From Candidatus Krumholzibacteriia bacterium (GTDB lineage: Bacteria; Krumholzibacteriota; Krumholzibacteriia; JAJRXK01), in NCBI GenBank assembly GCA_041484665.1, contig JBGPIA010000007.1:132003-196002 (forward strand): 64,000 nucleotides of DNA. The letters are read 5' to 3'. Below the pieces are notes generated by a model. That model was not told the origin of the DNA and made no database searches. It saw nothing but the letters and a program-made list of their open reading frames with translations. The position numbers were made by a program, and so were the translations under genes. Positions 48,260-59,132 of the stretch are shown here, in pieces (the first letter of the stretch is position 1; each line of letters opens with the position of its first letter).

Positions 48260-49735
48260 ATGAACGCTCCCGAAACCGGCGGCGAGGGTCGCCGGCCGAC
48301 CATTGGGCGCCCCAGTCTCCGACTGGACGCGGATGCGCAGAGTGCGGCGCTCGGCCGTCGCATCGCCCTCTTCATCGTCGCACTCCTGGTCAGCGTCGCA
48401 GCCGGCGCGGCCATGGCGCGTGTGAACCCGCTGCTGGTCTTCGGAGTGGTGTTCTGCGGCATCTTCGTCTTGGCCGTGATGCGGTGGCCGTTCGTGGGGT
48501 TGCTGGTCTACGTGATCGTGTACGTGCTGCGGCTTGGAGAGCTGTACCCCGCCCTGGCTCCGCTGCGTATCGAGCGAGTCATCGGTCTCTTGACGCTGGT
48601 CAGCCTGATTCTCGCGCAGCTGATGTCGCGCGGCGAGATCGCCTTCGACCACTCCAGGCAGACGCGCCGCTTCCTTGCCTTGATCCTGGCCGCGGCCGCG
48701 TCGATCCCACTCGCGTACTGGCGAATGAAGGCCATCAACGGAGTCGTCGAGATCCTGAAGATCTCCCTCTTCTACCTCCTCGTGGTCCAGCTCCTGGACA
48801 CGCGAAAGAAGCTGCGCACTTTCGTTTTCCTGTACGGGGCGTTGATCTCCTACATCGCGCTGACGTCGGTGGCGGACTACGCCCGGGGATCGTTGATGGT
48901 CGCCCAGGGGATCGACCGGGCCGTCGGCGCGACGAGCGCGGGTGGGGGGCCAAACGAGATGGGTGCCACCATGGCATCGATGGTCCCCGTCTTCCTGCTG
49001 CTCGGCACGTACAAGCCCTTGCGTGCGTGGCGGATCGTATTCCTCGCCGGGCTTACGCTTCTGCTCGTCACGATGGCGATCACCGGATCCCGTTCGGCCC
49101 TGCTTGGCTTCCTGGCCGGGATGGTCTACCTGTGGTGGAACTCCAAGCGTAGGGTGCTGTTGGGCGCCCTGGGAGTGATCGCGCTCGTGGCAGGGTTCGC
49201 TGCGCTTCCCGACCAGTACAAGGGCCGGTATGAGACGATTGCCAGCAAAAAGCTCGATGGCTCGTCTTCGGACCGATTGAAGGTCTGGAGAGAGGGCTTC
49301 AGGATGGTGGCCCATCGGCCGCTCACGGGGGTCGGGATCGGGTGTTTTGGAAACGCGAATACCACGTCCTACAGGACCTGGCACGGGTCCCGGAAGAGCT
49401 ACCTCGAGTCGCACAATCTCTACGTCCAGGTGCCGGCGGAGATGGGGTTGATCGGAGCCATAGCCTTTTTCTCGTTCGTGTTCGAGTTCATGCGGCTGAA
49501 CCGCAGAGCGTCGCAGGCGCTGCAATCCAGCACACAGGACTGGGGGCTCGAGTGGACGATTTTGAAGGCCTTGTTCACGGGGTTTATCGTGCTGTTGGTC
49601 ACCAGTATCTTCGGGCACAGTCTCATGCGGCATACTTGGTACCTGTATGCTGCTCTGGGGTTGAGCACGGCAAGGATCTACCTTGATCACGCCACGAGCC
49701 CCTCGCTCCAAGCACGCCATGCGCTCATCGGTTAG
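48260..49735 (+). CDS. O-antigen ligase/Wzy polymerase family protein
   Basis: PNEMG, TGSRSALL, PLTGVGIG.F and HNLYVQV.AEMGLIG. Confidence 0.88.
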   Translation: MNAPETGGEGRRPTIGRPSLRLDADAQSAALGRRIALFIVALLVSVAAGAAMARVNPLLVFGVVFCGIFVLAVMRWPFVGLLVYVIVYVLRLGELYPALAPLRIERVIGLLTLVSLILAQLMSRGEIAFDHSRQTRRFLALILAAAASIPLAYWRMKAINGVVEILKISLFYLLVVQLLDTRKKLRTFVFLYGALISYIALTSVADYARGSLMVAQGIDRAVGATSAGGGPNEMGATMASMVPVFLLLGTYKPLRAWRIVFLAGLTLLLVTMAITGSRSALLGFLAGMVYLWWNSKRRVLLGALGVIALVAGFAALPDQYKGRYETIASKKLDGSSSDRLKVWREGFRMVAHRPLTGVGIGCFGNANTTSYRTWHGSRKSYLESHNLYVQVPAEMGLIGAIAFFSFVFEFMRLNRRASQALQSSTQDWGLEWTILKALFTGFIVLLVTSIFGHSLMRHTWYLYAALGLSTARIYLDHATSPSLQARHALIG

Positions 49736-49994
49736 GGTCGGGTCGGACCTGACGCGACGGCGATCGAGCGGAGCAAAGGTGGATCCAGACTGTCCAGCGC
49801 GGGCGATCTCCGGCGCCTCCCGAGCCAACGGAGAATCCCGAAGGGCTGGGGATCGGGCGCGCTGGTACGATTCTTTCTTAGAAGGAAACGTCGCCATGGG
49901 GAATCCGAGCATAGGGTCCCGAACCGGACGGGGTCGGCTCGCAGCGGGGTGGGCAAGCTCGGAATCCAACTCGAGATACGAAGGGCTCGCCCAC

Positions 49995-50960
49995 GTGCAC
50001 CGTGCCATCCTGATTGCGGCCGTCGCCGCCTGTCTTGCAGCGCCCGTGGTGGGCCAGGCCCAGAAGCGGGAACCTGCGCCTGCGGTCTCAGGAGACTCCG
50101 ACTACCGGCTCGGACCCGAGGACGTGCTCGACATCCAGGTCTGGGGGAGACCCGACCTCAAGGGATCGGTGACGGTGGACTCCGCGGGCCGGATCCAGGT
50201 TCCGCTGCTGGGCGAGATGCGAGTGGAGGGGCGATCGCCGGCGGAGCTGGCGCGGGATCTGACGGAGCGCTATCAACTGCTCGACCCGAGCGTCCCGGAG
50301 GTCCTGGTCTCGGTCACTGCCTACAACAGCCACAAAGTCACCGTCCTGGGCGAGGTCCGCACCCCGGGTCAGTACGGATTCCGTGTGATGCCCGATCTGT
50401 GGGGGGCGATCTACGCGGCCGGAGGCCCCGGTCCTGCGGCCGATCTCAGTCGGGTCCAGTTGATTCGGGACAATCCGGAGCATGGTGCGAGCCGGACTGC
50501 ATTGGTGGATCTGTCCCGCGGGATCGAGGGAACCGCGGCGGAGTCGCTGCCCGCGCTTCACGCCAAGGACAAGATCATCGTGCCCTCCACGGCCGGTGCT
50601 TCCGTCGGGCCAGGCACGTTCCACGTCCTGGGAGCGGTGAGGACGCCGGGGCCCTACCGCATCACGGCCGCCAGCACGGTCGTGGAGGCTCTGTCGATCT
50701 CGGGAGGAGCCCTGTCCGGCGCGGAGCTTCGCAAGGTACATCTGACGCGTACCACCCCGAACGGGGTCGTCTCCTACCAACTCGACATCGAGGGGTATCT
50801 CACGGCCGGGAAGCCCCTGGCGAACCTAGGACTCCAGCCCGGCGACACCATCACGGTTCCGGAAGGGCAGTCGGGGCGTGGGCTCTTGTCGAGATTGGAG
50901 CGCCTGCTTCCGTTGGTATCGCTCGCCGTGACGGTGGTCATCGCCACGCGCACGCACTAG
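49995..50960 (+). CDS. wza: Wza/SLBB polysaccharide export protein
   Basis: YRLGPEDVLDIQVW, V..GRIQVPLLG and VLGEV..PG.Y; two SLBB domains. Confidence 0.9.
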   Translation: MHRAILIAAVAACLAAPVVGQAQKREPAPAVSGDSDYRLGPEDVLDIQVWGRPDLKGSVTVDSAGRIQVPLLGEMRVEGRSPAELARDLTERYQLLDPSVPEVLVSVTAYNSHKVTVLGEVRTPGQYGFRVMPDLWGAIYAAGGPGPAADLSRVQLIRDNPEHGASRTALVDLSRGIEGTAAESLPALHAKDKIIVPSTAGASVGPGTFHVLGAVRTPGPYRITAASTVVEALSISGGALSGAELRKVHLTRTTPNGVVSYQLDIEGYLTAGKPLANLGLQPGDTITVPEGQSGRGLLSRLERLLPLVSLAVTVVIATRTH

Positions 50961-50982
50961 CCGACATACCCTTGGGTGAAGC

Positions 50983-52647
50983 ATGACCGCCTCGCTCGAT
51001 CACACCATCCAGGTCAAGCAGTACTTCAGGATGTTCTGGAGGCGGCGGGGGTTGATCCTGCTGTGCTCGGTCACGGTGTTCTGCACCGCACTGATCAGCC
51101 TCGAGTTCGTTCCCGTGGAATACAGGTCCACCGCGACGCTGACGGTTGAATCACGGCAGCGGCTCGCCAGTGAGCTCCAGAAGCTCATGGGCGGCATGAT
51201 GGACCCCGACCAGGGCTATGGCTACGATGACAGACAGATGGCCGAGATCATCGCCCGGGTGCGCAGCCAGCCCTTCTTGGAGCGAGTCGTCCGACTGCTG
51301 AAGATGAACGAAGATCCCCTCGTCCTCAAGCAGGCCCGAGCGGCTCTAGCGACCCGGAACGATGTCTCTCTCGAGCAGCTGGCAACGCGGATCGTGGTGG
51401 GGAGGCTGCGGTCCAAGATCAGCTTCGAGACCCAGGGGGCGGGTAACTACAAGATCATCGTCTCGGACAGCAACCCAGTGAACGCTCGGCTCCTGGCCAG
51501 GTGGATCAGCGAGCTGTTCGTGGACATCTCCACGCAGAATTCCGTGGACCAGCTCAAGCGGGTCCACGAGTTCGGCGCCGAGCAGCTCAAGATCTACGAG
51601 CAGCAGCTCGTGCGGTCCGAGCAGGCGCTGGAGCAGTACAAGCAGACCCAGATCGAGCAGAACCTCGACCGGAGCGTCGTCCATGCCAACAACGCTGCGG
51701 TCGCCGAGGCTCTCTACCAGCGGGCGCTCGACGAGGCGGAGCGGTCCCGGCTCCGCATGCTCCCGTTTGCCCGCTCCCTCTCCGACGCCGACGTCGCGAA
51801 GACGAAGGACCAGCTGCTGGCCGATCCGCAGATCCAGAGCCAGGGCCGCGGTCTCGTGGCTGCGCTCAAGGATGCCATCACAGACCGGCTGCTGGGGGAC
51901 CACCCAGGCGTGGGGGACTGGCCACCGACGGGCACCTATGTTTCGCTCCGCCGCGGTCTGATGCAGTCGATCGAGAGCAGGACCAACGGTGTGCCCCCCA
52001 ATCAGAGCAATGAACCCCGGGATTCCCTGGCGCGCCTGGTGTTCGCAACGCTCGACCGCGAGGCCCTCACGGGAGCTGCGGAGTTCCTCGGCAATGCGAT
52101 CTCGGACTTCAAGCGGCAAGCCCAGTCGGTGCCCCGCGGAGAGATGGAGCTCGCGCGACTCCAGGCCGAGGTCGCGACGAACCGGGAGCTACTCAGCTCG
52201 TTCCGGTCCCAGCTCATTGCCACCGACGTCAGCCAAGCCGTGGAAACGACCAATCTGAACCCGCGGATCGAGATCCTCGATCCGCCACAGGTCCCGCTGG
52301 TCCCCAGCTCGCCCAATCGGATGATGGTCCTGCTCGCCGCCCTCGGCATGGGACCGATCCTGGGCCTGGGCGTCGCGCTGGCTACGGAAGTCGTGGATTC
52401 GACCCTGCGTTCGCTCTCCGATTTCGAGCGGGTCTTCAAGGGACCCGTGCTCGGAACGACACCGCTGCTGTCGCGCGTTCCCCAACAGCCCGCCCGCCTC
52501 CGCAGGTACTGGGTGCCCGCAACGCTCACGGCCGTCGTGCTCGTGACAGCCCTGTTGTTCGTGACCCGCGCGACAATCCTCCGCAACTTCGTCACCGTGG
52601 GAGATACCGTCAAGGGCATCGACCCCGAGGAATCGGTAACACGGTGA
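50983..52647 (+). CDS. wzc: Wzc/GumC-type polysaccharide co-polymerase
   Basis: N-terminal TM followed by YRSTATL, coiled coil, ILDPP.VP..PSSPNR and a C-terminal TM. Confidence 0.88.
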   Translation: MTASLDHTIQVKQYFRMFWRRRGLILLCSVTVFCTALISLEFVPVEYRSTATLTVESRQRLASELQKLMGGMMDPDQGYGYDDRQMAEIIARVRSQPFLERVVRLLKMNEDPLVLKQARAALATRNDVSLEQLATRIVVGRLRSKISFETQGAGNYKIIVSDSNPVNARLLARWISELFVDISTQNSVDQLKRVHEFGAEQLKIYEQQLVRSEQALEQYKQTQIEQNLDRSVVHANNAAVAEALYQRALDEAERSRLRMLPFARSLSDADVAKTKDQLLADPQIQSQGRGLVAALKDAITDRLLGDHPGVGDWPPTGTYVSLRRGLMQSIESRTNGVPPNQSNEPRDSLARLVFATLDREALTGAAEFLGNAISDFKRQAQSVPRGEMELARLQAEVATNRELLSSFRSQLIATDVSQAVETTNLNPRIEILDPPQVPLVPSSPNRMMVLLAALGMGPILGLGVALATEVVDSTLRSLSDFERVFKGPVLGTTPLLSRVPQQPARLRRYWVPATLTAVVLVTALLFVTRATILRNFVTVGDTVKGIDPEESVTR

Positions 52648-53369
52648 AAACGCTCGAACGACTGCGCAGCGATTGGCTGCTGGCGACCGAGATCAGCAAA
52701 CTCGAGGCCCGCCTCTGGCATCTCACACAGAGCGACAACGTCAAGACGGTGCTGGTCACCAGCGCCGTGCGCGGTGAAGGCAAGAGCACGACCGTCGCAT
52801 ACCTTGCAACCTCGCTGGGGCTCTTTCCAAACCGCCGGATCCTCGCCGTGGACTTCGACTTCCGGATCCCATCGCTGAACTCGCACTTCGCGGTCGAATA
52901 CACTGTCGGGCTGGAGCGGGCGCTACTGCGGGAAGTGCCGGTACTCGACGCAATTATCAAGACGGAGCTCCCCAGCCTCCACCTTGCTCTCCCGCTACCG
53001 GGTGGCGCCGATCCCACTCTGCTGCTTCGCACCCGGGAGCTGCTGCTGGTGATGGGCACGTTTCGCGAGCACTATGACCTGGTCCTGATCGACACGCCGG
53101 CGCTGATCCCGGTCGCCGACGCCACCATCCTGATGCCACTCGTGGACGGCGTGATCCTCACAGGCATGGCCGGGAAGACGACGCATCCCCAGCTGCGACG
53201 TGCTCAGGAGATCTGCAACGGGATGGGTGCAAAGATCCTTGGGCTTGTCGTTGGGAACGTGCGGGAGGCGGCGCCCGAATACCTGGCGGACAACTACGAC
53301 TACTACGCCTACTCCGGCGATGGGAAGAAACGGAAGGGGCGGGGCCGCGCTTCTTCAGGCAGAGTCTGA
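52644..53369 (+). CDS. CpsD/CapB BY-kinase
   Basis: VTSA..GEGKST, VDFDFR.P, VLIDTP and a C-terminal Tyr cluster YLADNYDYYAY. Confidence 0.92.
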   Translation: MKTLERLRSDWLLATEISKLEARLWHLTQSDNVKTVLVTSAVRGEGKSTTVAYLATSLGLFPNRRILAVDFDFRIPSLNSHFAVEYTVGLERALLREVPVLDAIIKTELPSLHLALPLPGGADPTLLLRTRELLLVMGTFREHYDLVLIDTPALIPVADATILMPLVDGVILTGMAGKTTHPQLRRAQEICNGMGAKILGLVVGNVREAAPEYLADNYDYYAYSGDGKKRKGRGRASSGRV

Positions 53370-53486
53370 GCACCCGATCTGATTCACCTTCAGAACGTGC
53401 GTTGCGCGGAATCCGATTCCATTTCAGCCTGCGTCGTGCGGTCGAAGAGCCACAGCGTATGGCATTGAGGGAATCCAGGAGTTTCG

Positions 53487-54842
53487 ATGGACCTCCATAC
53501 GCCCCTTGCCCAGAACGTCATTATCCCGTGGTATGAGCGCCGATGGGGCCTCGAGACCGGCGGGCTGCTCCGCTCCTTGCAGCAAAGCCAGTACGACACG
53601 CCCGAGCGGATCCACCAACGCCAATGGGACGCGCTGCGTAAGCTCCTCGAGTTCGTCTCCACCTCCAACCCCTTCTACCGCGAGCGTTTCCGATCCGCTG
53701 GATTCCGGCCGTCCGAACTCCGCGGACCCGACGACCTCGCGGCGATTCCCGTCCTCAGCAAGGACGACATCCGGAGCCGCGGCGCCGATCTGATCAGCGA
53801 TGGCTACTCGCCCGAGGGGATGTTCCACAAGCGGACTGGAGGCTCCACAGGGGTTCCTGTTCACCTGTACTGGGATCGGGACGCGTACCGGTTCAAGGGT
53901 GCGGTCGTCAAGCGCCATGACGCGTGGGCTGGCTACCGGTTTGGAGACAAGCATGCCACTCTCTGGGGCGACACCGAGAAACGCTATCCGCTCAGAGAGC
54001 GCATCTTCCACGCGCTTTGCGCGCGGACCATCTTCCTCGACACGCTCCTGATGGACGAGGCTCATCTGCGCAACTTCGTGCAGAGGCTCCGTCGCTTTCG
54101 TCCCCCCGTGCTCTATGGCCACGCGCACTCGGTCTATTTCTTCACCCGCTACCTGATCGACGAAGGCATCGACGATATCCGGTTCACGGCGCTGATCTCC
54201 ACCGCCGAAACCTTGCTGCCGGCGGAGCGCCAGGTCATCGAATCCCGCTTTGGGCGCGTGCTGTTTGATCGGTACGGGTGCGAGGAGTTATCGCTGATCG
54301 CCTCGGAGTGTGAGAGCCACGACGGGCTCCACATCGCCGCCGAGGGGCTGTACGTCGAGGTCCTCGGTGGAGACGAGCAGTCCCCGGGCCGAGTCGTCGT
54401 GACGGACCTGATGAACCGTGGCATGCCCCTGGTCCGCTACGAGGTCGGCGACCTTGCCACAATCGCACCTGGACGCTGTTCCTGCGGGCGCGGGCTACCC
54501 AGACTCGGGAGGGTGTTCGGACGGACCACCGATATCCTCTACGCTCCCGACGGGAGGAAGATCTCGGGTGTGTCGATCCTCGACACTTTCGTCATCCACG
54601 TGCCAGGCGTCCACCAGGCCCAGATCGTCCAGGACGCGCTTGACCACGTGATCCTTCGTATCGTGCGGGACAGTGGGTTTGGGCCGGCCAGCGTCGCTCA
54701 CCTTGGCCAGACCGTCTCGCGCGTGTTCGGCCCCGCGATGCGTCACCACATCGAGTACGTCGAAGCGATCGCGCCGACCCCCCGCGGGAAGTACCAGTTC
54801 ACGATCTGCCAGGTAAGTCCACCGCAATCGGCCAGCTCGTAA
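53487..54842 (+). CDS. Phenylacetate-CoA ligase/CapK-like adenylate-forming enzyme
   Basis: TGGSTGVP, DRYGCEE, MPLVRYEVGD and GRTTD. Confidence 0.88.
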   Translation: MDLHTPLAQNVIIPWYERRWGLETGGLLRSLQQSQYDTPERIHQRQWDALRKLLEFVSTSNPFYRERFRSAGFRPSELRGPDDLAAIPVLSKDDIRSRGADLISDGYSPEGMFHKRTGGSTGVPVHLYWDRDAYRFKGAVVKRHDAWAGYRFGDKHATLWGDTEKRYPLRERIFHALCARTIFLDTLLMDEAHLRNFVQRLRRFRPPVLYGHAHSVYFFTRYLIDEGIDDIRFTALISTAETLLPAERQVIESRFGRVLFDRYGCEELSLIASECESHDGLHIAAEGLYVEVLGGDEQSPGRVVVTDLMNRGMPLVRYEVGDLATIAPGRCSCGRGLPRLGRVFGRTTDILYAPDGRKISGVSILDTFVIHVPGVHQAQIVQDALDHVILRIVRDSGFGPASVAHLGQTVSRVFGPAMRHHIEYVEAIAPTPRGKYQFTICQVSPPQSASS

Positions 54843-54953
54843 TCGCGCCGTCCACGAGCCCCGCCATCCCGCCACCCCAGCTCATCAACCACCGACGGTA
54901 TGCCGCTCTCGGTAGGGACTTACCCTTTGCGGCCATTCCAATGGAGCACAGCA

Positions 54954-55739
54954 ATGAGCGACAACGATCAAGAGGACGCCAGAGACTACAGCAAGGCAAT
55001 GGCGCTTGACTACTACGGGGACGATACAGTCTACAAAGCCTATACGACCGGATTCGACTTCGGCGCGGGTGAAGAGTACGTCTACAACATGTACTTCGCC
55101 AAACACAAGAACCTCCTCGATCTTGGATGCGGCGGAGGACGAACGACGTTTCTGATCCACAGCCTCTTCAGCCAGGTATTGGGCCTTGACATCAACGAAC
55201 GACTAATCCGGTTCGCCGAAAGAAAGGCTACACAGGAATCTGTCCCTGTGTGCTTCATTGTAGGCGACGCCACCGCACTACCGCTCCGGAGCGCAAGTTA
55301 TGACAACGCACTCTTCTCCTATAATGGGATAGAGGGCATTCCGGCTTCCAACAAGCGCATCAACTGTCTGCAAGAGGTGCATAGAGTCCTGCAGTCAGGA
55401 GGCATCTTCATTTTCACCACTCACACGTTCTTCTCCATGGTCTATCAGGGCTTTCACGCAAAGAAGATCATCAGATTGGTGACCAAGAAGCTCCCATTGT
55501 GTCCGCCACTCTTTCCGGAATCCGATCGACTCCGGTTTGGCGATGTTGCTTTCCCTTCAGGCTCGGGAGAGATACCCTGGAACATCACAAATCCGTTTGC
55601 TATGCTCCACCGACTGCGCAAGGCCGGCTTTAGAATCCTCTACGTGAATAGCGCGGAAAGGGTCACGAGGGGATTGAAGCCGTCGCTGCTTTCTTTCTTC
55701 GGCGCCCAGACGATCTTCTACGTGGCTCAAAAACCTTGA
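54954..55739 (+). CDS. Class I SAM-dependent methyltransferase (visibly lower GC)
   Basis: LLDLGCGGGRTT, GDAT.LP and EVHRVL..GG.FIF. Confidence 0.85.
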   Translation: MSDNDQEDARDYSKAMALDYYGDDTVYKAYTTGFDFGAGEEYVYNMYFAKHKNLLDLGCGGGRTTFLIHSLFSQVLGLDINERLIRFAERKATQESVPVCFIVGDATALPLRSASYDNALFSYNGIEGIPASNKRINCLQEVHRVLQSGGIFIFTTHTFFSMVYQGFHAKKIIRLVTKKLPLCPPLFPESDRLRFGDVAFPSGSGEIPWNITNPFAMLHRLRKAGFRILYVNSAERVTRGLKPSLLSFFGAQTIFYVAQKP

Positions 55740-55892
55740 GTGTCTGCGAAGACCACGTCCTGTAATGTCATGCGCCATTTGATCCGCCCCCCGCTTTGCT
55801 GATGCCTTGGTGAAGGCACGCTGGACCCCGTGATGTCACGGTACGCCCGCTCCTACGCGCAATCCGTTGCAGCGCCCAGGGCGCAAGCTCAG

Positions 55893-55916
55893 TAGCCGCG
55901 GGACGCCCCGCGGCTA
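55893..55916. terminator. Hairpin between convergent genes (terminator or REP-like)
   Basis: TAGCCGCGGG-ACGC-CCCGCGGCTA, a perfect 10-bp stem. Confidence 0.4.
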
Positions 55917-56015
55917 TCGGTCAAGTCCAATGCGTCGAACTGTCGGAAACCAGTGGCACAGAATCGGACCAGCAGAGCGCACAGCCATCGACCCCTCATG
56001 ACACATACTGACCCC

Positions 56016-58148
56016 CTACTGGCTCGGGTCGGAGCTTACGGCGAGAAGATAGGCGCCGCGGCTATCGAACTCTCTCCTCAGGCCATCGGGGAAGCGCTTC
56101 AGAAGCGCCAGGCCATTGGATTCCCCAAAACCATACCCGCCGTTACTCGGTCGGTCCACTAGAGGACGAAAGCACACGATGTAGGTCGCCTTTCGGGAGA
56201 TGGCATAGGAGAACACCTCGGCGGGCGTTGCTCTCCAACTTGATGAGGCCTCCTCCGGTCCCGCGGCCTTTACCGAGAGGACCTCATTCTCGAACGACTC
56301 CCCGTACAGGGGAAAGATACGCCAGTCTCCGTCCACAACGATCCGCTGACCGCGGAGATATCTATGCACGTAGCTGCACACTGGACCCCAGCCCTGCATG
56401 GACTCGAGATCCCGATACCCGTACTCCGAGGAGTACTGAAGCTCGGACCTCATGCGAGAGGCGACGGCCGCGAACACCAATAGGCAGGCCAGCCCGCTGG
56501 CGCCGGCAACGCGCCCGAGGAACCGCGGCGGGGGGACCCACGATGCGATCCTGGATGAATGCCAAAGTGGCCTACATGCCACTACGCTGCCCACTGAAAC
56601 CACGGCGACATGAGGCCAGTAGCGTGTCCAAAGTGCCACGTTGATGATACTGGCGGGAATACCCAGGCCAATGGCGCCAGCAAGCGCCCATCGACTGTCG
56701 CCCAGGACGGCAGCGTAGCCCCCGGCACATGCGACAAAAAAGGGAATAGCATAACGGAGGTCCCAGTAGGGAGCCTTGCTATAAGGTTGATGTAGGTACG
56801 CGATGGCACAAAGAGGGGGCAGCACAATCCACAGCGAATCGCTAATCGGCCTCCGTCGCAACAATACGAGCCCTGCGAGGCAAAGGAACGCTACACTCAG
56901 GATGGGAAACAGAACTCCAAAGGCGCGGAAGAACACGCCCGGGTTCTGGAAGATCGGCGCTGCATCCCACCCTGCTGTCTGCGCCTTGAGGGACTCGACC
57001 CCGAGGGGTCCGTCGAACAGAATCGCGGATCGCAACGCGATGCGAGCTGGGTATAGAGGATTGTGGAACGCAATGACATTGCGAGCATACCATGGCCACG
57101 CCACAAATATGGACGATCCGCAGACGATACTGACCATCCGGAGACCAGGACGGAGCGGTTCCCGCGCCGACCCGCAGCGCCGCAAAATGCTGACAACACC
57201 GTAGCTCAGCAGGATAATGCCTCCATATATCACCCCCGAGTACTTTGTGCTGACAAGGCTCCCGAGCGCCAGACCCGCCACGATAGCCCCCCTCGCGTTG
57301 CGTGCCCTGAGGAGAAATAGGAGCGCAAGCGCGAACATGATGGCCAACCAAAGGTCATTTCCGCTGGGATCCGCTATCGGGAGGGTCGCTGCGTAAGCTC
57401 CTATCGCAGCAGCCGGGATGGAACCTGCGTTGACGCAGCGAGCTAGCGCATAGAGCGTCAGCCCGAAGAGCGGTCTTTCCATGATTCCGCTTAGAGCGAG
57501 ATGCTCGTTGTGCAATGCAGTCGCCAGGAACGTCAGGACGGCTTCTCGGGCGCCCGGGTACGCCCTTTGGATCAGGGGAATGGACTCCGAGGGCCAAATG
57601 GAGCCGGTGCGGACCCACTCGGCCACGAACGGCAAATGATAGAACATGTTGTCGGCGTCGATTGCGACGTAGCGAATTGAGTTCAGGGCGCTGATGCCAC
57701 ATGCTATTAGCGAGAAGACGAGAAGCGGTAGCAGAACCAAGGTGTGTGACCGCTGCGAAAGCGACACCGACATAGCGCCCGAGTTGGCGTCTGCAAGGCG
57801 GTTGTTACTGGGTACTAGCGCTGAAAGCAAGCACGCGGCACCTGTCGCAAGCAGCTGCGAGGGCAACGATAACACTCGGAAGAACCCGAGATAGGAGACA
57901 ATAGAGGAGGCTATGACCGCCCAGAGCAGGCAGGTTGCAAGCAGTAGCTCGACGATCCTCTCCGCTGGCAGGAGCGCGCGCGCCAGGCGCGCTCCGAGCC
58001 AGGCGAGCGCCCAGACGAGGAGGCACCAGACCACAAGGCGGCCAGAGTGGGAGAAAACAAGTCCTGGAAAAGTCCAAGACAGAGTGGCTACAAGGAAGCA
58101 GCTTAGTCCCGCGAGGAGGCCGGGGCGCGAGGAGAAACGGGGCTTCAT
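56016..58148 (-). CDS. Multi-pass membrane protein, GT-C (ArnT/PMT)-like
   Basis: D...YHLP, ND, STKYSG, PWYARN....NPLYP and RYAIP; lower GC. Confidence 0.65.
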   Translation of the reverse strand: MKPRFSSRPGLLAGLSCFLVATLSWTFPGLVFSHSGRLVVWCLLVWALAWLGARLARALLPAERIVELLLATCLLWAVIASSIVSYLGFFRVLSLPSQLLATGAACLLSALVPSNNRLADANSGAMSVSLSQRSHTLVLLPLLVFSLIACGISALNSIRYVAIDADNMFYHLPFVAEWVRTGSIWPSESIPLIQRAYPGAREAVLTFLATALHNEHLALSGIMERPLFGLTLYALARCVNAGSIPAAAIGAYAATLPIADPSGNDLWLAIMFALALLFLLRARNARGAIVAGLALGSLVSTKYSGVIYGGIILLSYGVVSILRRCGSAREPLRPGLRMVSIVCGSSIFVAWPWYARNVIAFHNPLYPARIALRSAILFDGPLGVESLKAQTAGWDAAPIFQNPGVFFRAFGVLFPILSVAFLCLAGLVLLRRRPISDSLWIVLPPLCAIAYLHQPYSKAPYWDLRYAIPFFVACAGGYAAVLGDSRWALAGAIGLGIPASIINVALWTRYWPHVAVVSVGSVVACRPLWHSSRIASWVPPPRFLGRVAGASGLACLLVFAAVASRMRSELQYSSEYGYRDLESMQGWGPVCSYVHRYLRGQRIVVDGDWRIFPLYGESFENEVLSVKAAGPEEASSSWRATPAEVFSYAISRKATYIVCFRPLVDRPSNGGYGFGESNGLALLKRFPDGLRREFDSRGAYLLAVSSDPSQ

Positions 58149-58437
58149 GGGGAGTGCCCTTGTTCCTCGAGAATCCAAGTGTAGCTCCCGACCCTTCGTG
58201 TGACTGTTTGCCCGGCCATGCTAGCCGTTCGCGAAGAATCTGGTAAGGGGTCTTCCCACGGTGAGCTGTCTGCGGTCGGAACTAATTGTAGGACCGCTCC
58301 GGTTCCGCTAGCCCTTTCTGGAGGTCGACATCGCTCCGATACTGAAAGGGCCGGTAGAACTCCCGCTCGTCCGTCCGGTGAGACCGCTCGACCTCGCGGT
58401 CCCAGCTGGGGCATCTTCGGCTTGATGTAGACGTGCT

Positions 58438-58848
58438 GTATCCCTTCGGACAATCCACGTTGTGGTGAGCCTGCGGGCCTGAGACGATCGGGCACCCCTA
58501 CGAGGAGGTGTCCGATGAGCTCGAGGCAGTCGTTGCTGGCCAGGTCCCTGGCCAAGCCCAACTGGCGGGCCCCGGACGCCAGGGTCGCCCTCCGGGCGTG
58601 GGCGCGCGGCGGTCAGCCCCTGACAGCCTTCGCCCACGAGCACTCCATTCTGATCGCCAAGCTCCGCCGCTGGAGGAGTCGTCTGGGAGACGTGCCGCCT
58701 GCGGTGGTCTTCCACCGCGTTCTGGTGCGCCGTACCCAAGACCGCAAGCCGGAGCCGGCACAGGGTCCGCGCGTCGAGCTGGTCGCACGCGGTGGGCGGC
58801 GCGTCCTGGTACGCCGAGGCTTCGACAGCGAGTTGCTCCAGGAGCCGG
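58438..58848 (+). mobile_element. IS66-family left-end remnant with truncated TnpA (ATG 58515)
   Basis: W..GQPLTAFAHEH...LRRWRSRL...VELVARGGRRVLVRRGFD is TnpA-like. Possible GTA- terminal repeat at 58438. Confidence 0.6.
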
Positions 58849-59132
58849 CACGCTGTGCTGGCGGTTAGCCGGGATCTGCTGGACCAGCCGGTGGATCAGC
58901 TCCAGGGGGTCCAGCTCGAGTTCCCGTTGGCCCGTGCGCGGGTCGATAGGCGTCTCACCACCACGGCCTCCGCGGTCTGGCGCACCGCGTCCAGGCGCAG
59001 CGGAGCGCGCGTCATGGAACGCGCTAAGTGTTCCATGGTCGCCGTGTCGTCGGGCAGGAGGGCGGGACCCACGTGCACCGAGAAGCCCGCGTGCAGCCAG
59101 CTCAGCGGGTTCTGGTGGAACTCCGGCGACAG
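58849..59132 (-). mobile_element. IS91-family (Y2) transposase fragment, frameshifted
   Basis: LSWLHAGFSVH...EHLARSMTRAP and, in another frame, LDPLELIHRLVQQIP..RQHSV. Confidence 0.7.
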
